Notes under the pieces: model-generated
What the model was told of the DNA's origin: nothing
Database searches by the model: none
What the model saw: only the letters and a program-made list of their open reading frames with translations
Program-made: the position numbers and the translations under genes
Origin: the human T2T-CHM13v2.0 reference genome, Homo sapiens
Length of the DNA stretch: 64,000 nt
Assembly: GCF_009914755.1 (NCBI RefSeq)
Contig: NC_060928.1
Direction: 5' to 3' (one strand)
Shown: one piece after another, positions 47,831 through 61,569 of the stretch
Layout: the number at the start of each line of letters is the position of its first letter
Position numbering within the stretch: position 1 is the first letter of the stretch

Positions 47831-47839
47831 CATCTTCTT

Positions 47840-48058
47840 TTATGTTTTATAAAGCAAATTTTTTTTCCTCTCCTACACTTTTACAATATTTCTGATCACC
47901 AAAATGTGTAGCATTTCCCCCTCTCTCCCCACCAGCCTCCCATACCTAGCAATTGTCCACTTCTGGGTTGGACATCAACTGGGTGTCCTACAATTTAATT
48001 TAACTCTGACACTATTTACCTCGAAATAGCATCAGATCCCACAGGTTAAGGACTTAGA
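47840..48058. mobile_element. MER21-like LTR fragment
   Basis: ctgggtgtcctacaattt...ctgacactatttacct...tcagatcccacaggttaagg. Confidence 0.6.
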
Positions 48059-48287
48059 TTTTCCTCCTTTATTAATGTCCAAACTGAAAATAAATATGAT
48101 ATATTAATTCAGAAGTTAAGTATATGATTCTGAAGCAAGAGTTAAAACCACAGGTTTAAATTTGAGAAAAATTGCCATATAATTGGTAATTAAATCCAGG
48201 ATATAGATAGGATACTCTATGAAAAAGTATAGAATAAGGCTATAGAAAGACATAAGATGAAGTTTGGGAAACTATAGTATTTAGTAG

Positions 48288-48603
<316 letters not shown>

Positions 48604-49860
48604 TAGTAGCCATATTTATTATGATGGGTCTATAAATGAGACAGGAAAGAAAAGGCAGAGATTTAAGAGGACGTATAATAATATAGAATAACAATATGTT
48701 TCAAAGAGGGTTAGGTTGATAAAATTAATAGTGTTGAGTATTACTGAGAATTTAAGGATAAACAGAAATAGAAAATATTCATTATATTTGAGAGAGTAAC
48801 TATTATATATGTCAATACTGTAATATCCTTAATAGATTATATTAGCCTAAATAACAATGAATTAGTCCAAACAAGACTCCTTTTCCTTTTTTTCAACAGT
48901 GACTCTTCCACATTGGAAAGCAAAATTATGAGACTCTGGGATGTTGTGGCCTCTGGCTTTTAACTACACTAAAGTGAGAGCTCAGCATAAAGGCTTCCTT
49001 TACTGAGATGCAAAAATGACACCAAATGGTTTCAAAGCAATAATTGGAAAGTATTGCCAACAATTGCTTACCATAATTTGTAAAGATTATTAATATGTTA
49101 TACAAGCAACGGGCAAGCATGAGCCTGTTTTACATGTTTACTATCTGTGATCAACAATATTGGAGCTTTACTATTTATCCATACAGTCCCTGCAAATATT
49201 TATTCATTTTGTTCTTAATTTATTCAAACATATTTTTGAGATCCTACAGCATACCAGGATTTTTGCTATATTCTGTCCTAGAGGTCATAATCTAGTAGAA
49301 AAAAATATATTCAGCTAACGGTAGAACTATGGTAAAAAGTGTACAAATAGAGGTTTTGGCCAAATGCCACAGCAGCTGGAGTATTAGCGAGGACTAGACC
49401 TTGAAAGTTCACAAGGATGAGATGGGCAGAAAAGCACTGCAGGTAGAGGATGCAGCAGGTGAAAGGCTTGCTTCTGGCTTATACAGAAAATAGGAGTATA
49501 TCAGTGCTAATTAAACACTGGGTATGTGGTAATAGGGGAGAGGTTCAATGAAGAAAAAACAATAGAAATAATGTAGGTTAGAGAGAGGGAGATGGTTCCC
49601 TTCTTACCCAGGTATAACATGTTGCTTTAAACAAAACATGAACCAGGCTGCAAAAGCCAAAAATTCTTTAGAAAATGCTGCTTTCAGGCTTTGCCCTATA
49701 AAAAGTCATATTCTCAACTACTGAATAAAAAAGCCAATTCTATTATCTTTTTCTTTCCTGTCATTAAGATTTTTCCGTCTCTTTTAATAATGTGTAATAA
49801 AAATTTTTGAAAATCCCTATTTGACTTGATCACTAAAGTGACATAGTGACACTTTAGTGA

Positions 49861-50287
<427 letters not shown>

Positions 50288-51406
50288 TGTGCAGACAATT
50301 TAGTGAGCAAAATGATGTTTTTCGGTTTAAATGAGGGTAGAATCAGTTTTTGAACTAGGTGCTAAAATATCCAACCTGTTATAATTAGAAATTTTAACTT
50401 TTAATACATAACAAACTTTTAAAAGCAGAACTTGAGAATGCAAAAATTAATACTCTTCTTAGATTGTAGGAAGTGCTAATAAGGTATTTAGAAAGAGACG
50501 CTGTGGAGTTAAATGACCTGAAAAGTAATTCCAGATCTGCAATTTACTACATGTGCGGCCTTCTCCATGTTTTATAGTTTATGCGTTTATGAAAGTGTTG
50601 AGTCACATTTTTTAATTCCCTGCTTGTGTTAACATTCAAGTCTAAAGGATTGCTTGGGATCATGATTTTGATATGACACAACTGTCAGGGAAAAGTATTA
50701 TGACTCTGGCAGCTATGTGAAATTACACTAACTTAAATTGTAGCTGATGGTCGCATTACTCACATTATTTACTCAAACTCCTTGGACAACTGAAAATAAA
50801 CATTTTCTTAACTGAGCAGTATATATCATTTAACTTAAAGGAAACACTGGGAAATATGAGATAGACTTCTTTGAGAATTGTACTATGACAACCACTGTAA
50901 GAAGCCACCAAAGGCTAAATCCAAATAAAGAAATAAGAAACACATTGGAAACAAATAAAAGCCTATAAAACAGGAAAGAGTAGCTGTAACCAGGAAAGTT
51001 ATGAAATCGAATGATTTATGTTTTCCACACTCACACACACACACACACAAGCATGCTGGCTTCTAGTTTTACCACTGAATCTCTGAAATATTGTCAAGAT
51101 ACTTAAATTTTTGATGACCTAACACCCTCACTGTGACTATTTTATGAACAGCATCTGACTCATCTCTCAATCAAAATTTTGCTCACTGCTTTGAAGCTGT
51201 GGAGATATTCATCCACAGATTGTTAAGGAGAAGTTCAGAATATGGTTAGAAAACTTGTTATCCTCTTTTAGAACTCAAATCATTAAATTGTTGTTAAATT
51301 CAGATTTTCAGATTTGAATTATTGACTTTTCTCTTTCAAAATAAAATCTCTTATCTTTTCTGTTGTTATTCATGTTTTCATTTAGTTTTTCCTGCTTTAA
51401 AATAAG

Positions 51407-51601
51407 TTTTCTTTTCTTCTTCTTTCTTCTTCTTTGTCGTCATCTTCCTCCTCCTCCTCTTCTTCCTCCTCCTCCTTCTTCTTCTCCCTCTTCCTCCTCT
51501 GCCTCCTCTTCTTCTCCTCCTCATCCTCCTCCTCTTTCTTCTTCCTTTTTCCTCCTCCTCCTCCTTTTTCTTCTTCTCTTCTTCTTCTTTCTTTTTTTTT
51601 T
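51407..51601. repeat. (CTT/CCT)n pyrimidine-rich low-complexity tract
   Basis: Directly visible; adjoins an Alu monomer tail. Confidence 0.92.
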
Positions 51602-51750
51602 GGTTTTGGAGAGACAGGCTCTCCATATGTTGCCCAGGTTGGTCTTGAACTCCTGGCCTCTGTCTGGCCTCAAGTCATCCACCCACATCAGCCTCCCACG
51701 TCAGCCTCCCAAAGTTCTGAGATTACAGACAGGAGCCACCATGCCTGGCC
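51602..51750 (-). mobile_element. Alu left monomer (FLAM-like)
   Basis: gagacagg...ttgcccaggttggtcttgaactcctggcctc...gagccaccatgcctggcc. Confidence 0.8.
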
Positions 51751-51884
51751 TTCTTTTCTTCTTTAACAAATAATCACCTTACATCTAGTCAATTGTTAAA
51801 TTGCTAATGTCTCTGCTTCTTAGTAGTAAGACTAATGCCACAAAAACAGTATGATAATGTCAGAAATCTACAATTTTAAAATAT

Positions 51885-52325
51885 GTAGTTGACCTTTTTA
51901 CAATATAGAAGTTAGGGGCCCTCACCCCCCAGGCAGTTGAAAATCCATGTGTAATTTTTGGCTACTCAAGAACGTTACTAATAGCCTACTCTTGGCCAGA
52001 AACCTTACTGATAACACAAGCAGTTGATTGACACATATTTTATATATGACATGCATTGGGTACTGCATTCTTACACTAAAATAAGCTAGAGAAAGAAAAT
52101 GTGACTAAGAAAATCATAAGGAAGAGAAAATATATTTATTATTCACTAAGTGGAAGTGGATCATCCTAAAGATCTTCATCTTCATTGTCTTTACATGTGA
52201 GTAGGCTGAGGAGGAGGAAGAAGAGGGTTTGATTTTGTCATCTCAGGAATGGCAGAGGTGGAAGAAAATCCGCGTATAAGTGGACCCATGCAATACACAC
52301 CCATGTTTTTCAAGATTCAGTTGTA
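51885..52325. mobile_element. Tigger2a/MER28-like TcMar DNA transposon
   Basis: tagttgacc...taagaaaatcataaggaagagaaaatatattt...cgtataagtggaccc...cagttgta with degenerate TIRs. Confidence 0.8.
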
Positions 52326-52945
52326 TTTTTTCTTCATCATTTTTGCTCTTATCTTTACTGACAATTTGTAAACTGCACATGCATCACTAGCTTTTAAGAA
52401 ATGTATTTTCTCTGAAAATATATTAAACTTTTCATTTAAGACATTTAATGAGATCAAATGAAAATAATTTGACACTCCAGACCTCAAAACTCAAGACCTC
52501 AAAATCCACTAAGCAACCGCATTGAAAAATATGAATTTCTCATCTGACTAATGGTAACTTCCTTATGGCCTCATATTGGTTAATCTATCAACAATTTTTC
52601 CTAGATGCTCGGCCCTTTTCCTAGATGCTTGGCTCTTCACTTGGCTCTCAGCACACTTCATTCTTCTGGTTTTCTTTCTACCTGTTTCTTCTTTGTCGCT
52701 CTTTCTAGTTTCTTTTTGTCTACCCTAACCTCAAAAGTTTGAAAACCCCAGCATACCTGGAATTTCCTTCCTTTTCTACCTACGCTCACAATATTATTGA
52801 AATTATGCAGTGTGTTTCATTAAACACTGTATTAGTTTGCTAGGACTGCCATAACAAAATACTAATTGTGGCTTGAACAATGGAAATTTAATTTTCTCAT
52901 AGTTCTGGAGGCTGAAAGTCCAAGATAAAGGTGTCAGCAGGTTTA

Positions 52946-52947
<2 letters not shown>

Positions 52948-52980
<33 letters not shown>

Positions 52981-53018
52981 CTTCCTCCCTCCCTCCCTTC
53001 CTCCCTTCTTTCTTTCTT

Positions 53019-53076
<58 letters not shown>

Positions 53077-53131
53077 TCCTTCTTTCCTTCTTCTTTCCTT
53101 CTTTCCTTCTTTCCTTCTTCTTTCCTTCTTT
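52948..53131. repeat. Compound (CT)n/(CCCT)n/(CTTT)n/(CCTT)n microsatellite
   Basis: Directly visible; Alu tail position. Confidence 0.95.
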
Positions 53132-53287
53132 CACGGGCTCTCACTTTGTTGCCCAGGCTGTAGTGCAGATCTCAGCTCACTGTAACCTCTGCCTCCCAGG
53201 CTCAAGCAATCCTCCCACCTCAACCTCTCTAGTAGATAGGAAAACAGGCACATGCCACCACCCTGGCTAATTTATATATATATATAA

Positions 53288-53321
<34 letters not shown>

Positions 53322-53484
53322 CGTATATGTATACGTATATGTATATGTATATGTATATATATTTTGTAGAGACAGGGTTTCACCATGTTGCCTAGGCTGG
53401 TCTCGAACTCTTGGACTCAAGCAATCTACCCGCCTCAGCCTCCCAAAGTGCTGGGATTACAGGCATGAGCCACTGTGCCCAGCC
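53132..53484 (-). mobile_element. Alu (AluJ-like) with (TATATG)n expansion in the central linker (53272-53361)
   Basis: Both arms flank the repeat. Confidence 0.88.
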
Positions 53485-53749
53485 AATTTGGTTCCTCTTG
53501 AGGTCTCTCTCCTTGATTTGCAGATGACTGCCTTCTCCTTTTGTCCTCACATGGCCTTTCCACTGTGCATGAGCATGTATGGTGTCTCCTCTTTTTATAA
53601 AGACATCAATCATATTTTATTAGGACCCCAACCTTTCTGACCTCATTTAACACTGATTATCTCTTTGAAGAGTACTTCTTCAAATATAGTCACATTCAAG
53701 GATAGGTCTTCAACTTATGAATTTGGGGGGAACAATTCAATTCATACGA

Positions 53750-54760
53750 ATAGTATCTATGTGCTGCTAGCTTTCAAATGTATACTTCCAACCAAGGCCT
53801 CTTCCTTGACATGGAGTTACCCTGCTGCCTACTCAGAATTCCCACTTGGATTTCTAATAAACATGTTAAACTCAACATGTTTGAAATTGATTTACAATGC
53901 AAACCTTCCCAAAACTGTTTATCAACATCCTCACCATCTCAGAGAATGGCAACCCTTCCATTTACTCAGCTCGAAGATATCGGAGTCATCTTTTACTCAC
54001 TTCTTTTCCTCACATCTATATCCTCTCTCAGGAAGTCCTGTTAACTGTAGCTTCACAATATATCTGCAATATGACCACTTTTCATCACCTCTACTACCAC
54101 TATAATTTTCCCACTTGGATTACTGACTTAACTTCTTCCACCCTTGCCCTCTAATAGTCTATATTCTAGAGTAGCTAGAGTGCTTCTGTTAAAAGGCAAA
54201 TCAGATCATGTTATTTTATATCAAATCCTTCCACTGGTTTTCCATCTTAGAGTGAATGCTTCAACTCTCTGACTCACCTCCTGTTACTTTTTCTGCCACT
54301 CACTCTGCTCTAGTCACACTGGCCTCCTTAAACCTACCAGACACATTCCTACTTCAGTATCTTTGCACTTGCAGTTTTCTGTTGGTAGTGCTCTTTGTCA
54401 ACATATTTACAAGGCTCAATCCATTGCTAACTGCAGTTCTTTACTCAAATGTCACCTTTTTATACAGGTCTTCCTTAACCACTCTTTCTACTTTTCAACA
54501 AACAAAACCCTCCACAGATTCCTATCTGCCATGACCTGATTTAATTTTTCTCTCCTATCACTATCTAAACGTATCATATACTTAACATATCTGCCTTTCT
54601 TATGATCCATCCTCTTTACTAAATATTGCTAAATTTATTTATTTATTCATCTATTCAACAAGCATTTATTGCATATCTGTTTTGTGCCAGACAGAATTCC
54701 AGATAAGTAAGAGACATTAGTAAGTTTTAAAAAAGGTTATTTTCCTCAGAGCACTTTGAT
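53750..54760. mobile_element. L2 fragments
   Basis: ttaaactcaacatgt..., tcagatcatgt, ttactcaaatgtcacct. Confidence 0.65.
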
Positions 54761-55104
54761 TTAGTGGTTTTATTATAAGAATGTATGTGCTGATAATAAA
54801 CAGCTGTGATACTCTGCCATGTGTGGACACAGGAAATGCTAAACTACTAGGAATAGAGGAATCATGATGAAGCTGGGAAAAAATAAGAGGTAATCAAGGC
54901 AACCCACAGAAATGGCTGTGCTTTCGGATCCTCTGCAGGTATGTTTATCTTCAATAATGTGCGGTCTTCTCTTGAATATTCCAACTTTTTTTTACTCATC
55001 TACTATCTCAGTTCCTTCTTCTTTCTGGGAGAATTATCTGTTCATCAATATTTAAATATTTCTTTCTCTATCCTGTGTCTTTTCTTTATCAGAAAAAGTA
55101 TAGC

Positions 55105-55335
55105 AAAACAGTTGATAATATTGAGTTTTGATTTTGACTTTGTGGGCTTGAACTCTGGTCTTGTTATGTCTAAGCTATGTGACCCACTACAAGTTACTTT
55201 TCCCATCTGCTCCTCCTTTTAAGAAATCAAAAAAATAATAATATTACCAGAGCTTAGATATGTTAGGTATGAATGACTTACTATACAAAAAAGACTTAAA
55301 ACAGGGCCTGGAACAGAGTAAGCACTCAATAAATT
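55105..55335 (+). mobile_element. MIR SINE
   Basis: agctatgtgacc...aagttactt...cctggaacagagtaagcactcaataaat. Confidence 0.65.
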
Positions 55336-55964
55336 AGAGATTTTATTTTTAATTCCTAATTCCTAGTAAAGAATTATGGCTTATTTAAAATATCTTCTTT
55401 CTGTTTCATCAAAATTGATAAACTCATGGCTCCTCCTCTAACTCATAATTAGTTTCTGTATCCCTTGTCTGCAGCTTCAGAATAATTTATTTTAACAATT
55501 GCTTTAAATTTCACAGCACTGTACTTAAAAATTGGAGAATATTTTATTTTACTGGTTTATTTGCTTCTCACTTTATTTTGTGTGTTAATTACTTCTTTCC
55601 TGTATTAATGCTTTGTTTTCCTATAGTAATCCTTATGTATTTCTTGCTAAAAGGATCTAATGGGGCAAAATGTTCTTAGTCCTTTTATGTCTAAAAATGA
55701 TTTTATAGTGCCAACACAATTGAATGTTAGTTTTTTAGAGTATGAAATTAGCACTTCAAAGTCATTTTTCCTCAGAATTTTAAAAACATTGCTTCATTGT
55801 TTCTGGTACTAATTTTACTGGCCAAAAGAATGACAAATTATTCTTTTTTCTATGTAGATAATATGATTTATTTTTCTCAAGAGTGTTTTAGATGTTTTTC
55901 TTTATCCATGATGTTCCAAAATTTCATCAGAATATGACTAATTAATGCTGTTTAACATTCAATC

Positions 55965-57235
55965 ACGTCAGAGAAATGCAAATCAAAATGACAATGAGAT
56001 GTCATCTCGCCCCAGTTAAAATAGCTTAGATCCAAAAGACAGGCAATAACAAACGCTGATAAGGATGTGGAGAAAAGAGAACACTTGTACACTGTTGGTG
56101 AGAATGTAAATTAGTACAATTACTACGGAGAACAGTTTGGAGGTTCCTCAAATTGAAATTGAGCTCAATTCCTCAAACTAAAAATTGAGCTACCATATGA
56201 TCCAGCAATCCCATTGCTAGGTATTTATCCAAAAGAAAGAAAATCAGTATATCAAAGAGATATCTCCACTGCTATGTTTGCTGCAGCACTGTTTACAATA
56301 GCTAAGGTTTGGAAGCAACCTAAGAGTCCATGAACAGATGAATGAATAAAGAAAATGTGGTACATATACGCAACAGAGTACTATTCAGCCATAAAAAAGA
56401 ATGAGAGCCAATCATTTGCAACGACATGGATGGCACTGGAGATCATTATGTTAAGTGAAATAATCCAGGGACAGAAAGACAAACATCACATGTTCTCACT
56501 TATTTGTGGGATCCGAAAATCAAAGCAATTGAACTCATGGACATAGAGAGTAGAAGGATGGTTACCAGAGACTGGGAAGAGTAGTGGGGGGCCTGAGGGG
56601 AAGCTGGGATTCGTTAACGGATACAAAAACAGAAAAAATGATGAGACTTACTATTTGATAGCAGAATAAGGAGACTGTAGGCAATAATAATTTAAATGTA
56701 CATTTTAAAATAACTTAAAGAGTGTTATTGGGCTGTTTGTAACTCAAAGGATTAACGCTTGAGGGGATGAATATCCCTTTCTGCATCATTCTTATTTTCT
56801 TTATAAAGTTTTATCTTTCTATTTTTTGTTTTTTGGTTATGTGTGTTTTTATTAAAATTGCCATTTTCAAGTCTTATTAAAGTTTTGTCATTTCATGATT
56901 ATTGACAAAAGAACTGGAGTATGCAGTTTGTTTATAGGTATATCTTTTGGTTTAAAAATAACACATTCCTGTAAAATTTGGAAAGAAATATGTAAAAGTA
57001 TAAAAGAAGAAAAAATAACTGCAGCCATTAGCATTCAGAAATAATAGATGAAAATGGTTAATTTCTTTCTAGTCATTTCATATAATTATAAATGTGGGAT
57101 TTCACATGTGTAAATAATCACAATAAATGTGATGATTTCACATTGCATGACCATATCAAACATCTCATGTACCCCGCAGGTATATACACTTGCTGTGTAC
57201 CAACACAAATTAAAAACAGAAAAATGAAAAAAATT
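55965..57235 (+). mobile_element. L1 (L1MA/L1PB-like) ORF2 C-terminus plus 3' UTR, split by about 340 bp
   Basis: tcagagaaatgcaaatcaaa...; ORF 56355..56546 MWYIYATEYYSAIKK is the L1 ORF2p C-terminus; resumes about 57126. Confidence 0.88.
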
Positions 57236-57966
57236 GAGTAAGGGTGTAAACTAATAACTGTTGTTATTCCGGGAACATTACTTTTAAAAATTATTTCCTC
57301 CCCTTCTTTTTCTCTGTTCTTTTCTTATGTAACTCTTGTTAGATTTTTTGGATCGTTTTCAATGTGTCTTTACCTTTTGCAATGCCATCTAGATTGTTAT
57401 TTGTTTCTATTATCTAGCTAACTAATAAAATCTTCTACTGTGCCATTCAACCCATTTATGGAATTTCATTTTAAAATTTACAATTACATTTCAATTTCAT
57501 AAATCTTAGTTTTTGTTGTTGTTTTTTGTTTTCTCCTAGTAGTTTGTTCTTTCCTAGTAGTTTGTTCTTCTTGTTGTGTACTCTTGGATGCTTTTATACT
57601 TGTTTTAAAGTAGTTTTACTTTCCATGGGATTTAATTTTCTGCTTCTGGAATTTACTTCCTATACTTCATGATATTGATTTTTCTTAAAGGCTTGCTGAC
57701 TTTTTATTATATGCCCATATTTTTATGTGAGGGTTCATATTGAGAAGTATTTTATTTCTTAAGCACAAATTAAAACCATTCCATGACTATGGCTAATACA
57801 TTTCTAATGACAGGAAGGGAAAGAAATTTGCAATCCCCCAAATCCTCCATTCGATATTTATTCAGCTTTAGTATGTAGTAGCAGTGACATGCGACCGAAG
57901 AAAATATTTGTTGTTTAAAATGCTGGATGATTTAAGTTTTATCTCTCACAGAGAGGATAGTTTTAT

Positions 57967-58874
57967 TTTTAAAATTTTTTATTTCCATACATTTTTGGGG
58001 AAGAAGTGGCATTTGGTTATATGGATAAGTTCCTTAGTGATGATTTGTGAGATTTTGGTGCACCCATCACCCGAGCAGTATACACTGAACCCATTTGTAG
58101 TCTTTTATCCCATACCACCTTCTGACCCTTTCCTTCTGAATCCCCAAAGTTCACTGTGTCATTCTTATGCCCTTGCATCCTCATAGCTTAGCTCCCACTT
58201 ATGAGTGAAAACATATAATGTTTGGTTTTCCATTCCTGAGTTACTTCACTTAGAATAATAGTCTCCAATTCCAGCCATGTTGCTGTGAATGCCATTAATT
58301 CATTCCTTTTTATGGCTGGGTAGTATTCCATCATATATATATATATATGTTATTTGTTTTTATTATCTAGCTAACTAATAAAATCTTCTACTGTGCCATT
58401 CAACCCATTTGTGGAATTTCATTTTAAAATTTACAATTACATTTCAATTTCATAAATCCATATATATAGCATATATATCACATATATCACATATATATAT
58501 CATATATATATGTATCTCACAATTTTTTTATCCACTCATTGATTGATGCGTATTTGGGTTGGCTCCACATTTTTGGAATTGCAAATTGTGCTTCTATAAA
58601 CATGCGTGTGCAAGTATCTTTTTCATATACTGATTTATTTTCCTCTGGGTAAATACCCAGTAGTGGGATTACTTGATCAAATGGTAGTTCTATTTTAGTT
58701 CTTTTAGGAATCGCCACACTGTTTTCCATAGTGGTTGTACTAGTTTACATTCCCACCAGCAGTGTAGAAGTGTTCCCTTTTCTGCATCCATGCCAATATC
58801 TATTATTTTTTGATTATGGCCATTCTTGCAGGAGTAAGGCGGTATTGTATTGTGATTTCGATTTGCATTTCAGG
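57967..58874 (-). mobile_element. 5'-truncated L1 (L1PB-like) with 16-bp TSD GAGAGGATAGTTTTAT
   Basis: TSD at 57951-57966 and 58875-58890; ORF 58517..58729 is an ORF2p remnant. Confidence 0.92.
58348..58458 (+). repeat. 111-bp dispersed duplicate of 57395-57505
   Basis: 109/111 identical by eye. Confidence 0.95.
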
Positions 58875-59448
58875 GAGAGGATAGTTTTATAAACTTGAAT
58901 TTTTTTTCCACAGAAAGTAATTAGATTATTTCTTAATTAATTACTGTCACTATGTCATATTCTCAGTCCAGGTTTTTCTAAATTTTTCTTTAAATCTATC
59001 TTAAAATAATTTTAATGACAACAAAATAAAAATGACAGATTAGCAATGTTCTTATCTCAGTTAATTAATGAAGAATATGTATTTAACATGAGGCAGAGTA
59101 AAAGAAGTTTTTTTCCCAAACAAATCCCCAGATTTCTTTTGCTAATCTTGTCTTGCTTAGCTATAAATTGGAAACATACCTCTCACCATCTTACTCCATT
59201 CCTATCCTCTTCTCATTATCCCCTCTCCTCTCACCACTGCAAACATAATTTTGTTCAATTCTGCCTTTACTACTTCCGTTTTTTTTGTAATGCCATCAAC
59301 TTTAAAACTCAAAGCCTTTACTTGTGCTTTCCACCTGTTCTAACTCCTCCCAAATTCTCAACTTGGTGAATTTCAAGATCTAGCAGAAAGTTTCAACTCT
59401 ATTGAGGTGTCTTCCCTGATATTCCAAGGCAAGAAAAAATGTTTTTGC

Positions 59449-59573
59449 TGGCCGCAATGGCAGCTACTCTGAAGGCCGAGGTGGGAGGATCTCTTGAATT
59501 CAGGAAGTTTGAGATCAGCTTAGGCAACATAGTGAGACCTTAGTGTAAAAATAAATAAATAAATAAATAAAAA
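59449..59573 (+). mobile_element. Alu monomer/fragment with (AAAT)n tail
   Basis: ggccgaggtgggaggatc...ggcaacatagtgagacc. Confidence 0.75.
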
Positions 59574-61569
59574 GTCCTTTTCACGTTTCTAGCATTTTTT
59601 ATTATATATTGGTGATTTGGGTGCCCTTGCCCCAACAGTTTGTATCACTTATTGTTGCATAGTTCTAAAAATGTTTTTAAATACACTCACGAATAAATGA
59701 ATTAGCGCAAAGTTTATATGTTCAGCTGGAAAGTGTTCACCAGATAATCACCGGGTTGTTTGTTTTGTTCTCCAGTTAATATCAGGCACTAAATATTTAT
59801 TTTATAAAAGAAGATAAAAATTATAGTTTCTACTAAACAACAACAGTAAACAGTAAAATCTATTTTACTATAAAATATGTAAAAACACATTAACACAGAT
59901 ATAAATGGCAACACTTTTTAAATGATGCTCTACAAACAATATATTACCGGTAACAGGCTTAATAGTCCTCATTCTCTGTGACTTTTCCTGACCCACAGCA
60001 TTACAGGGACCAACTAGAGGGCACAACACTGCAAATCAGGATTTGCAGAGTATCCTTCATAAGATTCTACTTGGATAGCATGGTCTTCTGTACTCAAATA
60101 CAAATTCTTTACGTAATTTGGGCTTCTTCTAAAATATAAATCACTAATAACATATGTTAAACCCTAAATGCATTTAATTATACAGGAGAAGTTGCAAAAG
60201 CATTTAATTATCTCAGTAGAGGTTAAAATATATTTTATGCTGGCAACATTTTTCATAATTAATAACGTACTAGAAAAGAATGTAAACTGTCATTAGACTA
60301 TTTGAATTTGAATTTTGTCTCTCATTTTTTGTTTGACCTTGGATAAGTTACTTTCTGTGTTTAAGTGTCTTCATCTTTAAAACAGAACTAATTATATATC
60401 CCTACCTCTTAAGATATTATGAACACTAGATATGTCAAGTGTTTAAAATAGTGCTGATAAATAATAAGCCTATTAAAATGTTAACTATACTTATTAATGC
60501 AATGGTAACATTTTAATAAAAGTAATGGCTTAGAACATCTCTTTATTAGTAAGATAGAGCGTACATTTTGAAACAAAATATCATATTTATTTGGCTAGAA
60601 TTATACCTGAAAGGAGCAATGAATATCCTTATTATCACCACAATTTATCAAACAGTAAAAATATCATAAATAATAATTTGAGAAGACATTCCAAAAAGAA
60701 TAAACCCAGAAAAAATTGCAATATGAATTTTTAAATATAATATGAAAATTGTTACATAACAGGAAGTAAAAATAAAAAGAGGTAAAAATATACTTGGCTT
60801 ATTACATGATACAAGTTTTATCCTCAAAGGTCCATGCTATAATATATAAATAAGAAGAGCTGAAAAATGCAAAGTGAAAAATGCATTTTCATATAGCTAA
60901 AGTATATTAAATAGCTGGCTATTAATATAACCTGAAACACAAGAATTTTTTTTTAAAGAAAATAATATATCACTAGAGGATAAATTGATATGCAAAAAGT
61001 GAAGTGGTGCCATTCCTATTAACACAGGTTAAAATGACTTCTTAAGTTAATTAGAATATTTAATGCAATATAAAAATAACATGAGATTTTTAGATTGTAT
61101 TAAATTAATGCTATACTTAAGCTAGAAAATAAAGTATGTAAACATAACAAAGGATATGTAAATATCTTGAAAAGCAATAATGGTGTTGCTGCCTTATCAA
61201 AATTCATACTTTTCTAACAATGAGTGATTATAATAAAATTATATCATATTAGGTTAAATCAGAAAAACTGATCAATTGAACAGAAGGCAAATGCCACCAA
61301 TACATGCATCCAATAACATATTATATTACTATTAGTATTACAAATCATCCTTAAAATAAATTGTGGCAATTTATACTGTCCCCAAAGTATATGAAATTGT
61401 ATTTTTCCACAGCTTCCATGATACTTAAGGTTAAACCATTTTAAACTAGCAAACCAACAAGTGAAAATGGTACTTCATATCTATTTTAAAAATTGTATTC
61501 ATTTGATTACTACTGAGCTTGAAACTTTACAATATATTTATTGGTCACTTAATTATTTTTTTAAATATT

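Larger units (their letters stand above)
52827..53747 (-). mobile_element. MLT1 LTR interrupted by an Alu and microsatellites
   Basis: tgtattagtttgctaggactgccataacaaa...aagataaaggtgtcagcagg / gcagatgactgccttctcc...cttcaacttatgaatttgggggg. Confidence 0.85.

Noticed and set aside
51363-53185. Poly-S, poly-K/E/R and F/L-rich ORFs
   Set aside because: Translations of CT-rich microsatellites and Alu
56355-56546. ORF with a recognisable protein motif (WYIY..EYYSAIKK)
   Set aside because: Decayed L1 ORF2p C-terminus, not a gene; same for 58517-58729
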